64,000 nt of DNA, taken from positions 43,382 through 107,381 of the forward strand of contig CAZBME010000001.1 of NCBI GenBank assembly GCA_964492965.1, given 5' to 3'. Positions within the stretch are counted from its first letter, which is position 1; every line of letters begins with the position of its first letter. Origin of the DNA: an uncultured Syntrophaceae bacterium (GTDB taxonomy: Bacteria; Desulfobacterota; Syntrophia; Syntrophales; UBA8958). Positions 36,168 through 45,339 of the stretch are shown piece by piece. The notes below the pieces were generated by a model. That model had not been told where the DNA came from and ran no database searches. It saw nothing but the letters and a program-made list of their open reading frames with translations. Both the position numbers and the translations under genes were made by a program.

Positions 36168-36209
36168 TTTGGACGATCAAGCATCATCAAGAGAGACAAC
36201 TACATTACT

Positions 36210-36977
36210 TCAGGATGCATTCTTAATAAGCATAGAGGAAGGATCAAGAACAAACACGGGCGATTGTTCTGTGGAAATGGGGCTTTTCAATGCCCTGATA
36301 TGGGGTTCGCTTTTTTCTGTTGCTAACAAAAGGATCAATTCAAAGAGGTCTTCCAGATTCACCATGGGCAATGGCATACCTTCCCTGCCTTCTTCGACAT
36401 GGCGGTGAATTGGCACAGTAAACCACAGTCGCATGGCTTGTTTCTCTGCCAGGATCTTGAGTCTGGTAAGTGATTCCCTTGTATTTTCATCAAACCTCAA
36501 TCCGTCAATAATCATGACCTCGGGTTTGAATATACCCTGTTCCATAAGATCATTCAAACGCTCTTCCAGACGGGGAACGCTGAACCCCTCTACTTTGAAG
36601 GTTAAAATGAACCTCTCAGGCAGGATATCCTCCCACAAGGCCTTCATCCGTTCAATCTGATGCTGCTCGGCAAGATGATGAAACAATTCCTCATACCATA
36701 GAACGACTTTGCCGACAGGATCATTCAGACTGACATGGAGTACTTTCTTGCCGCGAAGCATGGTATTGAGGGCCAGTTGTACCAGGAGCGCTGTTTTACC
36801 GACACCAGCCCTTGCCAGGACAGCGCCGAAGCTCCCTTCGGATAGTATGTCCTCATTTTCATAGCCCATTGCTCTTAATGGATGACGAAGGATCAGGTCT
36901 TTTTTTAACATAACAAGACTCCTGTCTTTAAGATTTATAATTTTTACTGATCGATGGAGCGATGTCGCCAATGGCAT
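36210..36977 (-). CDS. Stand-alone RecA-superfamily (KaiC/DnaB-C-like) P-loop ATPase, function unknown
   Basis: 255 aa; the likely start is the Met at 36911. Walker A is GAVLARAGVGKTALLVQLAL and Walker B-like is PEVMIIDGL. No other domain is present. Confidence 0.55.
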   Translation of the reverse strand: MPLATSLHRSVKIINLKDRSLVMLKKDLILRHPLRAMGYENEDILSEGSFGAVLARAGVGKTALLVQLALNTMLRGKKVLHVSLNDPVGKVVLWYEELFHHLAEQHQIERMKALWEDILPERFILTFKVEGFSVPRLEERLNDLMEQGIFKPEVMIIDGLRFDENTRESLTRLKILAEKQAMRLWFTVPIHRHVEEGREGMPLPMVNLEDLFELILLLATEKSEPHIRALKSPISTEQSPVFVLDPSSMLIKNAS

Positions 36978-36999
36978 AATTTAATCGAACTGATTCCCA

Positions 37000-39087
37000 T
37001 TAAGCAGCGTTTTTCTTCCGGGCTGTCACTTCCTCGGTAATCTTCTCTGCAATTGATACCGGCACCTGCTTGTAAATGGCAAATTCCATGGTGTACTGCG
37101 CTTTTCCCTGGGAAGATGAGCGAAGGACAGTTGAAAATCCAAACATTTCTGCGAGAGGAACCTGGGCCTCGATAGCGCACATATTTCCCTCGTCCTGCGC
37201 GCCGACAATCATACCCCGGCGCTGGTTCAAAAGACCCATGACGGCGCCCTGGAATTCCGTGGGGCTCTCTACAACAACCTTCATGATGGGTTCGTGAATA
37301 ACAGGCTTAGCCCTGAGATACGCTTCCTTAAACCCGCCTCTGGCCGCCTGCTGGAAGGCTATATCCGATGAGTCAACATTATGGAATGAACCGTCGTTGA
37401 TGACAACCTTAATGCCCGTGACAGGGAATTCGAGTTTCGGTCCCTTTTCCATGCAGGCCTTGAACCCCTTTTCGCACGCCGGGATGTACTGGGTTGGGAT
37501 GGATCCGCCTGTGATCTTGTTATCAAAAACAAAATCCCCCTCGGAAATGGGTTCGAGATAGCCGGCAACCCGCCCGAACTGGCCGGAGCCACCGGTCTGC
37601 TTTTTGTGGGTGTAATTGAACTCCGCTTTCTGAGTGATCGTTTCACGGTAAGCGACGCGCGGATTGCCCGTCGTGACCTCTGCGCCATATTCCCGCCTCA
37701 TCCGCTCGACATAAACATCCAGGTGAAGTTCACCCATGCCGGAGATGATCGTTTCGTTTGTTTCCTGGTCAACATGGGCGCGAAATGTAGGATCCTCCCG
37801 CGTAAATCTACCGAGGGCTTTCGACATGTTGATCTGAGCCTTGTTGTCCTTGGGTACGATAGCCAGAGAAATAACGGGATCGGGAACAAACATGGACGAC
37901 ATGGCTACGTTGACACCTGGTGAAACAAAGGTATCGCCGGAAGCACATTCAATACCGAAAAGGGCTCCGATATAGCCTGCAGGTATCGCCTCGATATCTT
38001 CCATCTGGTCGGCATGCATCCTGACTACACGCCCCACCTTAATCTTTTTCCCGTTACGGATATTTACGATCGTTGAACCTTTGGCAATGATTCCCTGATA
38101 GACGCGGATGTAAGTCAACTGCCCATACTGTCCGTCTTCCAGCTTGAACGCCAACGCAACGATGGGCTTTTCCGGATCACTATCCAGAACGATCGGGGTT
38201 TCATCGTGCTCCAGATCGAGAGCAGTATTTTCAATATCGCCAGGGCATGGCAGCAGATGGGTAACTGCATCCAGAAGGGGTTGAATGCCCTTGTTTTTAT
38301 AAGCTGAACCTACCAAAACGGGGGTAATTTGACGTGCCAACGTCCCCTGACGAAGAGCTGCTACGAGAAGAGCTTCCTCAATCGGCCTTTCTTCCAGAAT
38401 GGCCTCTGTCAGCTCATCAGAAAATACGGAGGCACGATCAATCATTTCTTCACGCCTCTGTTTTGCTTCTGCAAGCAAAGCCTCCGGAATTTCTTCCGTA
38501 CGAATCATTTCCCCGTTATCCCCATCAAAATATAGGGCCTTCATTTTAAGCAGATCAACAACGCCGATGAATTCGGATTCAAGGCCAATAGGAAGCTGCA
38601 ATGGCAGCGCATTGTGTCCAAGCTTCGTCCGGAGCTGCTCAACAACCCGCAAAGGGTTTGCGCCACTACGATCACATTTGTTGATGAAGGCAATACAAGG
38701 CACCTTATACCTTTTCATTTGCTGATCAACTGTGATGGACTGCGATTGAACCCCGCCGACAGAGCAAAGAACGAGAATAGCACCATCCAGGACCCGTAAT
38801 GATCGCTCCACCTCGATTGTGAAATCGACATGGCCGGGCGTATCGATGATATTAATTTCATGTTCTTTCCACTCGCAGAAGGTGGCGGCCGATGCTATGG
38901 TGATGCCGCGTTCCTTTTCCAGTTCCATGGAATCCATGGTCGCCCCGACCCCATCTTTTCCCTTAACCTCATGGATCGCATGGATACGTTTCGTGTAGAA
39001 TAGTATCCTCTCCGTCAGCGTTGTCTTTCCCGAATCAATGTGGGCGCTGATACCAATATTCCTGATCTTTTCCGAATCCTTCTTCAT
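37000..39087 (-). CDS. fusA: Elongation factor G paralog (outside an str operon)
   Basis: 695 aa. [47 protein letters not shown] and NKCDR, with full EF-G domains II-V. Confidence 0.9.
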   Translation of the reverse strand: MKKDSEKIRNIGISAHIDSGKTTLTERILFYTKRIHAIHEVKGKDGVGATMDSMELEKERGITIASAATFCEWKEHEINIIDTPGHVDFTIEVERSLRVLDGAILVLCSVGGVQSQSITVDQQMKRYKVPCIAFINKCDRSGANPLRVVEQLRTKLGHNALPLQLPIGLESEFIGVVDLLKMKALYFDGDNGEMIRTEEIPEALLAEAKQRREEMIDRASVFSDELTEAILEERPIEEALLVAALRQGTLARQITPVLVGSAYKNKGIQPLLDAVTHLLPCPGDIENTALDLEHDETPIVLDSDPEKPIVALAFKLEDGQYGQLTYIRVYQGIIAKGSTIVNIRNGKKIKVGRVVRMHADQMEDIEAIPAGYIGALFGIECASGDTFVSPGVNVAMSSMFVPDPVISLAIVPKDNKAQINMSKALGRFTREDPTFRAHVDQETNETIISGMGELHLDVYVERMRREYGAEVTTGNPRVAYRETITQKAEFNYTHKKQTGGSGQFGRVAGYLEPISEGDFVFDNKITGGSIPTQYIPACEKGFKACMEKGPKLEFPVTGIKVVINDGSFHNVDSSDIAFQQAARGGFKEAYLRAKPVIHEPIMKVVVESPTEFQGAVMGLLNQRRGMIVGAQDEGNMCAIEAQVPLAEMFGFSTVLRSSSQGKAQYTMEFAIYKQVPVSIAEKITEEVTARKKNAA

Positions 39088-39187
39088 GCTTCTATTCCCT
39101 AATAATTATTGGTAAAAATAAAAAATCCCTCATCTCATAAAGCCCGTTCAGACCAGATGGGGGATAATTCAAACTGTTTAATCAAAT

Positions 39188-39216
39188 ATTATAATCTACT
39201 TTTACATATTTGTCAA
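39188..39216 (-). promoter_or_regulatory. Consensus sigma70 promoter upstream of the EF-G paralog
   Basis: The minus strand reads TTGACA-aatatgtaaaagtagat-TATAAT. Both hexamers are perfect, the spacer is 17 nt, and the promoter lies about 100 nt upstream of the ATG at 39087. Confidence 0.65.
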
Positions 39217-39345
39217 TATATTTTTTCACACTATCCAAATACCGTGGGACCAAAAGCGCCTTCTTTTACCAATGGTACAATGATATTTATACTTTTTCGT
39301 TATTCCATGTTGGTTTTCTGCAAGGATTGAATCTTGATTCTAAAA

Positions 39346-39386
39346 GAAAAAAAGGACCTCCGCCGGATAAAACCTGGGGAGGTCCT
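39346..39386 (-). terminator. Intrinsic terminator after the HU gene
   Basis: AGGACCTCC (39353-39361) pairs with GGAGGTCCT (39378-39386). The A7 run at 39347-39353 becomes a U-tract on the minus strand. Confidence 0.75.
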
Positions 39387-39397
39387 TTACATAGAAA

Positions 39398-39670
39398 TTA
39401 TTTCGCCACAGCATCCTTCAATTTCTTGCCGGGGGTAAACTTGGGAACCTTTTTCGCTTTGATCTTGAGAGGTTTTCCCGTCTGAGGATTTCTTCCCGTC
39501 CTGGCAGCCCTTTTGGCCACCTTGAATGTTCCGAAACCAACCAGCGTAACGGATTCACCCTTTTTTAGCGCCGCTGTAATCGCTTCCAGAACGCATCCAA
39601 CCGCTTCTTCTGCAATCTTCTTCTTGCCGACGACCTTTACCACTTCATTGACCAAATCACCCTTGTTCAT
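39398..39670 (-). CDS. hup: HU-family nucleoid DNA-binding protein
   Basis: ORF 39398..39736. The Met at 39670 follows AAGGAGGG. MNKGDLVNEVV...VTLVGFGTFKVAKRAARTGRNPQTGKPLKI. Confidence 0.9.
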   Translation of the reverse strand: MNKGDLVNEVVKVVGKKKIAEEAVGCVLEAITAALKKGESVTLVGFGTFKVAKRAARTGRNPQTGKPLKIKAKKVPKFTPGKKLKDAVAK

Positions 39671-39732
39671 CCCTTTACCCTCCTTAAATGATTTTAGGTT
39701 TGATATTCGCCGCATCTTGCGGTTAAAAAGCA

Positions 39733-40311
39733 TCAATCCTCGACGAGTTTACGCCCCAGTTCTTCAGCCGATTCCATCAGTTTTTCCTGGGCTTCTATTT
39801 CGCCGGCCTTCATGGCGCTGCCGTAGACGAACCCGACGATCTTGGCGCCTACATAAGCATATGCATCCTGGAAGGTGCGCATTGCATTTACGCACCCTGA
39901 AGCAAAGGGATCTTCATCGCCATAAGCCATGGCAACGGCTATTCGCTTTCCGGAGAAAGGGTTCCTGCCATAAGCCGGCAAGGCAAAACAGCGATCCATC
40001 CATAGTTTGGTCTGTGCGGACATGTTAAACCAGTAAACAGGACTGGCAATAACCCATGCATCGGCTGCAAGCATTTTCGGATAAAGAGCCTGCATATCAT
40101 CGGCAATGGAACAGCCTTTACTTTTTGGTTTCTGGCATGCATAGCACGATTTGCAGGGTGCTATTTTCTTGCCATGAATAAATATTGTTTCCGTTTTTGC
40201 TCCGGAAGATGCAGCGCCCGCCGCAATTTTCTTTGCCAACACGGCGCTGTTACCGTCTTTACGCGGACTACCAAGCAAAATCAAGATTTTTTTTGCAGGA
40301 GATTTACCCAT
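39733..40311 (-). CDS. Flavodoxin-fold NAD(P)H-dependent FMN reductase / iron-sulfur flavoprotein-like
   Basis: 192 aa. KILILLGSPRKDGNSAVL is an FMN-binding start, followed by the Cys cluster CKSCYACQKPKSKGC. Confidence 0.75.
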   Translation of the reverse strand: MGKSPAKKILILLGSPRKDGNSAVLAKKIAAGAASSGAKTETIFIHGKKIAPCKSCYACQKPKSKGCSIADDMQALYPKMLAADAWVIASPVYWFNMSAQTKLWMDRCFALPAYGRNPFSGKRIAVAMAYGDEDPFASGCVNAMRTFQDAYAYVGAKIVGFVYGSAMKAGEIEAQEKLMESAEELGRKLVED

Positions 40312-40397
40312 AACACCTCTTTAATGATTATAGCATAGGCTTTTATGCTAATACCTGCGTTAATATAAAGTATTTATTATTTATTTGGCACTTTCTT

Positions 40398-40745
40398 TTA
40401 ATATCTGCTCCGCCCGCCGCCGCCACCACCGCTTCCGGGACGACCGCCCCTGAATCCGCCACCGCCAGGCCGGTCACGTCGTACCGGGCTATCCGTTTTC
40501 TTGGGTCGGGCTTCGTTAACAGTAATACTGGTGCCATCCAGCTGACCACCATGAAACCGTTTCATAGCTTCTCGTGCACCTTCTTCCGTTTCCATTTCCA
40601 CAAAACCAAATCCCTTTGACATTCCTGTAAATTTATCCTTGATAATGACAGCCGACAGCACTGCGCCGACCTCAGAAAAATTATGTCTCAAATCCTCTTC
40701 CGTTACATTGGTGGATAAATTCCCCACATACAAGTTCTTGTTCAT
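40398..40745 (-). CDS. RRM-type RNA-binding protein with a Gly/Arg-rich tail
   Basis: 115 aa. NLYVGNLSTNVTEEDL (RNP2), KGFGFVEM (RNP1), and a C-terminal GGGGFRGGRPGSGGGGGG. Confidence 0.9.
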   Translation of the reverse strand: MNKNLYVGNLSTNVTEEDLRHNFSEVGAVLSAVIIKDKFTGMSKGFGFVEMETEEGAREAMKRFHGGQLDGTSITVNEARPKKTDSPVRRDRPGGGGFRGGRPGSGGGGGGRSRY

Positions 40746-40874
40746 GTCAACCTCCTTTGTGATGCACTAGTCGTTAATCCCTTTCAGGGATGTTAATCGT
40801 TACAGGATGCCTATCGATCCTGGTGATTGAGGCTATCAGGCTTTCCCGGTTACCTCGCCATAAAATTAGGGCAT

Positions 40875-41075
40875 TCACATTGGCCTGACGTTATCCGCAG
40901 CGGGACCCTTCTGCCCCTGCTTTAACTCAAAACTCACACGCTGGCCCTCGCTCAGCGTTTTAAAACCACCACCGTCAATTGCGCTGAAATGCACAAAGAC
41001 ATCATTTCCTTCATCACTGGTGATGAATCCAAAACCTTTTTTCTCATTGAACCACTTTACAACACCGTTCGGCAT
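40875..41075 (-). CDS. Cold-shock domain protein (CspA family)
   Basis: 66 aa. [30 protein letters not shown] carries the RNP1 and RNP2 motifs. Confidence 0.95.
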   Translation of the reverse strand: MPNGVVKWFNEKKGFGFITSDEGNDVFVHFSAIDGGGFKTLSEGQRVSFELKQGQKGPAADNVRPM

Positions 41076-41128
41076 GCGCCCATCCTCTTTCCGTATTTTT
41101 CAAATCGCCCCGACATCACGACGGGAAT

Positions 41129-41164
41129 AAAAAAACCACCCCCACTCAAAAGAGGACGGTGGTG
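41129..41164 (-). promoter_or_regulatory. Terminator-like hairpin plus U-run inside the csp 5' leader
   Basis: The minus-strand RNA reads CCACCGUCCUCUUUUGAGUGGGGGUGG followed by U7, about 55 nt upstream of the csp ATG. Confidence 0.5.
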
Positions 41165-41274
41165 ATACATCTATGGTTTTATAAGCCTATGCAAAACTCT
41201 CTCTTGCCCCGGAGATCTGCCTCATCAAACGGCTGGAATGACCCTTTTATCGTTAATTGTTGACCTTTTATCCC

Positions 41275-41303
41275 CGTTTAGCACAAATGTCAAGCCATTC
41301 TTC
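41275..41303 (-). promoter_or_regulatory. Candidate csp promoter
   Basis: The minus strand reads TTGACA (41303-41298), then 17 nt, then TAAAAG (41280-41275). It would give a leader of about 190 nt. Confidence 0.35.
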
Positions 41304-41489
41304 ATTATGTTTTTCATATTTTTTCATTAAGTCTTGTTATAAATATTTGACATTCTGCCATCGGCATATTATTAGGGGTCCGTTTTAAAATCCCTTCAGT
41401 TTTAGGCATACAGGGAGACATAGTTCTCAAGTTAATGCTATCACTGTGGAATAAATTGCTCTTAATTAAATGGTATAAGGAATCACGAT

Positions 41490-41642
41490 ATGAAGATATT
41501 GGAACGTTTATTCAGCAGCAAAAAAGAAGATAAGAAGCCGGAGCTAGGCCGCAATGATGTCTGCTGGTGCGGCAGCGGTATCAAATATAAGCGATGCCAC
41601 CTGGGAAAAGATCAGGAGAAGAAGAGAAATAAAACCTTGTAA
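41490..41642 (+). CDS. 50-aa SEC-C motif protein (below the ORF-track length cutoff)
   Basis: My translation is MKILERLFSSKKEDKKPELGRNDVCWCGSGIKYKRCHLGKDQEKKRNKTL*. CxCGSGxKxKxCH is the SecA C-terminal-type zinc motif. Confidence 0.6.
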   Translation: MKILERLFSSKKEDKKPELGRNDVCWCGSGIKYKRCHLGKDQEKKRNKTL

Positions 41643-41665
41643 CATTCATAACATGATATTTCTGA

Positions 41666-41720
41666 AATCAATCCCCATCGGGGTGATGACCTGATCACGC
41701 CGAGGGGGATTGATTTCTTC
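41666..41720 (+). terminator. Hairpin terminator after the SEC-C ORF
   Basis: AATCAATCCCC (41666-41676) pairs with GGGGATTGATT (41705-41715) around an inner stem. It is followed by TCTTC, a weak U-tract. Confidence 0.45.
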
Positions 41721-41970
41721 GAGCTACCTTCCCTTACCATCTTTTTTCGATGTAGTGGCGCCTCTCATCAAAACGGAAATGCCCTGTTTTCCGCATCCTC
41801 AATTCGTGAAGATATTACAGTGTTAGCATTTAATATTCATCACATTTACCGCCGGTAGCAACACGTCTGGAAGATGTCAACAAGCTGAACAATTTGTCTT
41901 TACATTAGAGTCCTTGACAATCATGTCAACGTCGGCGAAAATCCACCATCGGAAGAGGAGTTTACATCTT

Positions 41971-42678
41971 ATGCCCGCTAAAACCATTCTTGTCGTTGAT
42001 GATGAAAAGGATCTTGTCGAACTGGTCGGTTATAACCTTGAAAAGGAAGGTTTTGCAGTTCTTCAGGCTTTCAACGGAGAAAAGGCTTTGGAAATCATAA
42101 AAGCAGGAAAACCTGATCTACTCCTGCTCGACTTGATGCTTCCCGGCATTGCCGGATTGGACGTCTGCCGAATCATCCGTGGCAGGAAGGAAACGGCAGC
42201 ACTGCCCATTATTATACTGACGGCTAAAGGCGATGACGTCGACAAGATCGTCGGGCTGGAAATGGGAGCCGATGATTATGTCACAAAGCCATTCAGCATT
42301 CGTGAATTGGTAGCCCGGGTCAGGGCAGTGCTTCGCAGATCGGAAATCCGTGCTGAAAGTCTTAATAACGAAATCTACAATGCCGGAGGTCTTAACATTG
42401 ATTACCAATCATACCAAGTCAAAATTAACGGCAAGCGGACCGATCTGGGACCGACGGAGATGAAACTCCTGATATTTCTCACACAACACCCGGGACGGGT
42501 CTATTCTCGAGACCAACTCCTTGATCAGGTCTGGGGGAATGAGGCTTTTGTAGAACCCCGTACAGTGGACGTTCATATCAGCAGGCTTCGCGCTAGCATT
42601 GAAACGGACAAGGAATACCCGAAATATATTCTCACGGTGCGCGGAATCGGCTACAAATTTTCCGATCAAAGCGAATAA
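41971..42678 (+). CDS. phoB: OmpR/PhoB-family response regulator (PhoB-like)
   Basis: ORF 41914..42678. The ATG at 41971 follows GAGGAG. ILVVDDEKDLVELV...DLLLLDLMLPG, a winged-helix C-terminus LTVRGIGYKF, and Pho-regulon context. Confidence 0.75.
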   Translation: MPAKTILVVDDEKDLVELVGYNLEKEGFAVLQAFNGEKALEIIKAGKPDLLLLDLMLPGIAGLDVCRIIRGRKETAALPIIILTAKGDDVDKIVGLEMGADDYVTKPFSIRELVARVRAVLRRSEIRAESLNNEIYNAGGLNIDYQSYQVKINGKRTDLGPTEMKLLIFLTQHPGRVYSRDQLLDQVWGNEAFVEPRTVDVHISRLRASIETDKEYPKYILTVRGIGYKFSDQSE

Positions 42679-42756
42679 GCATCAAGTAGCCAGAGATAAT
42701 GAGGGGAACTCTTTCGACGCATTCTTGGTGGCAGAATCCACAGCTGATTCGTACCC

Positions 42757-44061
42757 TTAATCTTCAGATGGCAGGCAACTCATCAGGACCTTGTCGATCC
42801 TGTTTCCGTCCATATCGATAATCTCGAAACGGTATTTTCCCCAATGGAAATGATCTCCCGTGACGGGAATACGTCCCAAGTACATCATGATGAAGCCACC
42901 CAGGGTGTGATATTCCACGTCCCCTTCGTTAGGAAGCGCCTCAATGAGGAAGTATTCAGTGAAGTCATCAATAGTGATACTGCCGTCAATAAGCCACGAA
43001 CCATCTTCACGCTGAACGATCGGCTTTTCTTCCGACTCGTTGAAGGAGGCGATATCGCCGACGATAGCGGCCATAATATCATTGACGGTGATCAGACCCT
43101 GAATCGTGCCATATTCATCGACGACCAGGGCAACATGAATTGGCGATACCTTGAAATGCTCCAGGATTTTGAGGGCGGATATGGTCTCGGGGAAGATGAA
43201 AGGCTTCCGCAAGAGAGGTTTGATATCCGATCCATCAAAATCGGGATAAATTTTGAACAGGTCCTTGACGTGGAGAAAACCGATGACATGATCGAGATCG
43301 CCTTCACAAACGGGGAAGTAGGCATGGTCGGATGTCTTGATGATCTCCAGATTTTCCTGGAAAGGCATTTCATAATCCAGCCAGATGATATCAGGACGCG
43401 GCGTCATTACATCATGCACGCCAAGGTTATCAATACTGAAAGCCCCATGGATAATATCCTGTTCCATCTTATGGAAGACGCCGGCTTCGGTTCCCTCTTC
43501 CAGGAGGACTTTGACTTCCTCCTCTGAGACCATGGACACAGGCTTCTTAAGTCCCATCATTTTGACAATGGATTCCGAAGATAGACTCAAGATTTTGACC
43601 AGAGGATAGGTGACAAGGGACAAGTAATAAATGGGCATGGCTGCCATGGAGGCGACTTTTTCCGGATTCTGGAGGGCAAGGCGCTTCGGAATTAGCTCAC
43701 CCCAAACCAGCGACAAGTAGGTAATCACCACGACTACGACGGCAAGACTGATCATTTCGCTGTAAGGCTGCAACAGCGGATAGGCATGGAGATAGCGATT
43801 CAAATCCTTCGCAATTACGGCACCGCCATATGCCCCGGAGAAGACACTGATCAGTGTAATGCCCACCTGAATTGTGGAGAGAAAGTTGGCCGGTTCGTCA
43901 GAGAGTTTCAGGGCCTTTTCAGCATTCTTATTCCCCTGGTCGGCCATAACCCGGAGCTTCGCTTTACGAGCGGAAACGACGGCCATTTCGGCCATGGCAA
44001 ATGCGCCGTTAATAACTATTAATAAAATTAAAATTAAAATATCGTTGAGTAAATTGACCAT
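42757..44061 (-). CDS. CNNM/TlyC-family membrane protein (DUF21-CBS-CorC_HlyC; 'hemolysin' family)
   Basis: 434 aa. The N-terminal DUF21 TM region includes INGAFAMAEMAVVS, followed by a CBS pair and a C-terminal CorC/HlyC domain. Confidence 0.85.
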   Translation of the reverse strand: MVNLLNDILILILLIVINGAFAMAEMAVVSARKAKLRVMADQGNKNAEKALKLSDEPANFLSTIQVGITLISVFSGAYGGAVIAKDLNRYLHAYPLLQPYSEMISLAVVVVVITYLSLVWGELIPKRLALQNPEKVASMAAMPIYYLSLVTYPLVKILSLSSESIVKMMGLKKPVSMVSEEEVKVLLEEGTEAGVFHKMEQDIIHGAFSIDNLGVHDVMTPRPDIIWLDYEMPFQENLEIIKTSDHAYFPVCEGDLDHVIGFLHVKDLFKIYPDFDGSDIKPLLRKPFIFPETISALKILEHFKVSPIHVALVVDEYGTIQGLITVNDIMAAIVGDIASFNESEEKPIVQREDGSWLIDGSITIDDFTEYFLIEALPNEGDVEYHTLGGFIMMYLGRIPVTGDHFHWGKYRFEIIDMDGNRIDKVLMSCLPSED

Positions 44062-44209
44062 GCCTTAACCCTTCATTCTGTAAATTATCACACATCTTCA
44101 GGTATTTATTCAAGCATCTTCTCTCGAAGAATACACGACTGATTTAATAACATATCAATTTTACTGTTTATTATCAATATTTCAAATCACTTTTTTACAG
44201 TACTTGACT

Positions 44210-44249
44210 TATTCATCAGATATTCATGATTCTGTCATCAAATTGTAAC
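44210..44249 (+). promoter_or_regulatory. Four 11-bp-phased Pho-box half-sites upstream of pstS
   Basis: TATTCAT (44210), TATTCAT (44221), CTGTCAT (44232) and TTGTAAC (44243) are each exactly 11 bp apart. TATATG at 44258-44263 is a possible -10 element. Confidence 0.65.
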
Positions 44250-44308
44250 AATTCTTCTATATGGTTTTTAGAATAAATTTATTAAAAAGAGATATGGAGG
44301 TTTTGCAA

Positions 44309-45169
44309 ATGGCAAGATTGTTAAAATCGTTCTTCGTCGGGGTGCTTTCAGTCAGCCTCATGGCCGGTTCGGCCATAGCCGGCGGCAACGTTGTCATCAA
44401 GGGATCTACAACGGTCCTTCCCATCGCCCAGGTTGCGCTGGAGTCTTATATGAAGGCCCATCCGGGAGTCAACATCTCCCTGTCCGGCGGCGGTTCCGGT
44501 GAAGGAATCAAGGCCCTCCTCGACAAATCGACGGATATCGCCACATCATCCAGAGAAATCAAGGACAAGGAGGTGTCCCAGGCCAAAGATAAAGGCGTTA
44601 ACCCAACGGCTCATATCGTGGCTATTGACGCCATTGTACCCATTGTCCATCCCAAGAACAAAGTCAAAGACCTGACCATTGACCAATTAAGCCAGATCTA
44701 TCAAGGCAAGATCAAAAACTGGAAAGAAGTGGGCGGTGATGATCTCCAGATTGTCGTCGTTTCCCGCGACAGCAGCTCCGGAACTTTTGAATCCTGGGCG
44801 GAACTGGTCCTGAATAAAGCCAAGGTGACGCCGAAGGCTCAACTTCAGGCTTCCAGCGGCGCTATCGTCCAGGCGATTTCCAAGAATCGTTATGCCGTCG
44901 GCTACATCGGCATCGGCTATCTCAATAAAACCGTAAAGGGATTAACGGTCGGCGGTATCCAGGCCACAGCGCAGACGGCCCTCTCCAAGGAATACCCCAT
45001 TGCACGGCCCCTTTACATGTACACCAACGGGCAACCTCAAGGTGAGACAGCAAGTTACATCAAATTCATCCTGAGCCCCGCCGGACAGAAACTCGTGGCA
45101 AAAGAGGGTTTCGTCCCCATATCGGCGGAAGAAAAAACGAAGACGGCCCCTAAAGGGAAAAATAAGTAG
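44309..45169 (+). CDS. pstS: Phosphate ABC transporter substrate-binding protein
   Basis: ORF 44261..45169. The ATG at 44309 follows GGAGG. Signal peptide MARLLKSFFVGVLSVSLMAGSAIA, then IKGSTTVLPIAQ, SGGGSGEGIKAL and SRDSSSGTFE. Confidence 0.9.
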   Translation: MARLLKSFFVGVLSVSLMAGSAIAGGNVVIKGSTTVLPIAQVALESYMKAHPGVNISLSGGGSGEGIKALLDKSTDIATSSREIKDKEVSQAKDKGVNPTAHIVAIDAIVPIVHPKNKVKDLTIDQLSQIYQGKIKNWKEVGGDDLQIVVVSRDSSSGTFESWAELVLNKAKVTPKAQLQASSGAIVQAISKNRYAVGYIGIGYLNKTVKGLTVGGIQATAQTALSKEYPIARPLYMYTNGQPQGETASYIKFILSPAGQKLVAKEGFVPISAEEKTKTAPKGKNK

Positions 45170-45195
45170 GATAAAGACATCGTATGTTATTTAAC

Positions 45196-45236
45196 ATTTT
45201 CTGCTGGTTCAATCGACAAGATTGAACCAGCAGAAA
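45196..45236 (+). promoter_or_regulatory. 18-bp perfect hairpin between pstS and pstC
   Basis: TTTTCTGCTGGTTCAATC (45196-45213) pairs with GATTGAACCAGCAGAAAA (45219-45236), leaving a 5-nt loop. Confidence 0.7.
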
Positions 45237-45339
45237 AAGATGATAGCCCTATCCTCTTACAGGGACAAGGCGAGATTTATGGTCCGTGTAAATTGTCTTC
45301 AATATCTAGATTTTAGTTTTAACGTATACAGGCAAGCAT

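Noticed and set aside
39671-39736. N-terminal extension of the HU ORF (MMLFNRKMRRISNLKSFKEGKG) that would overlap the flavoprotein gene
   Set aside because: The canonical HU start MNKGDL at 39670 is preceded by AAGGAGGG. The extension is not HU-like.
45203-45213. GGTTCAATC, which resembles a tRNA T-arm
   Set aside because: It is simply one arm of the 18-bp pstS-pstC hairpin. No acceptor or anticodon stems can be built around it.
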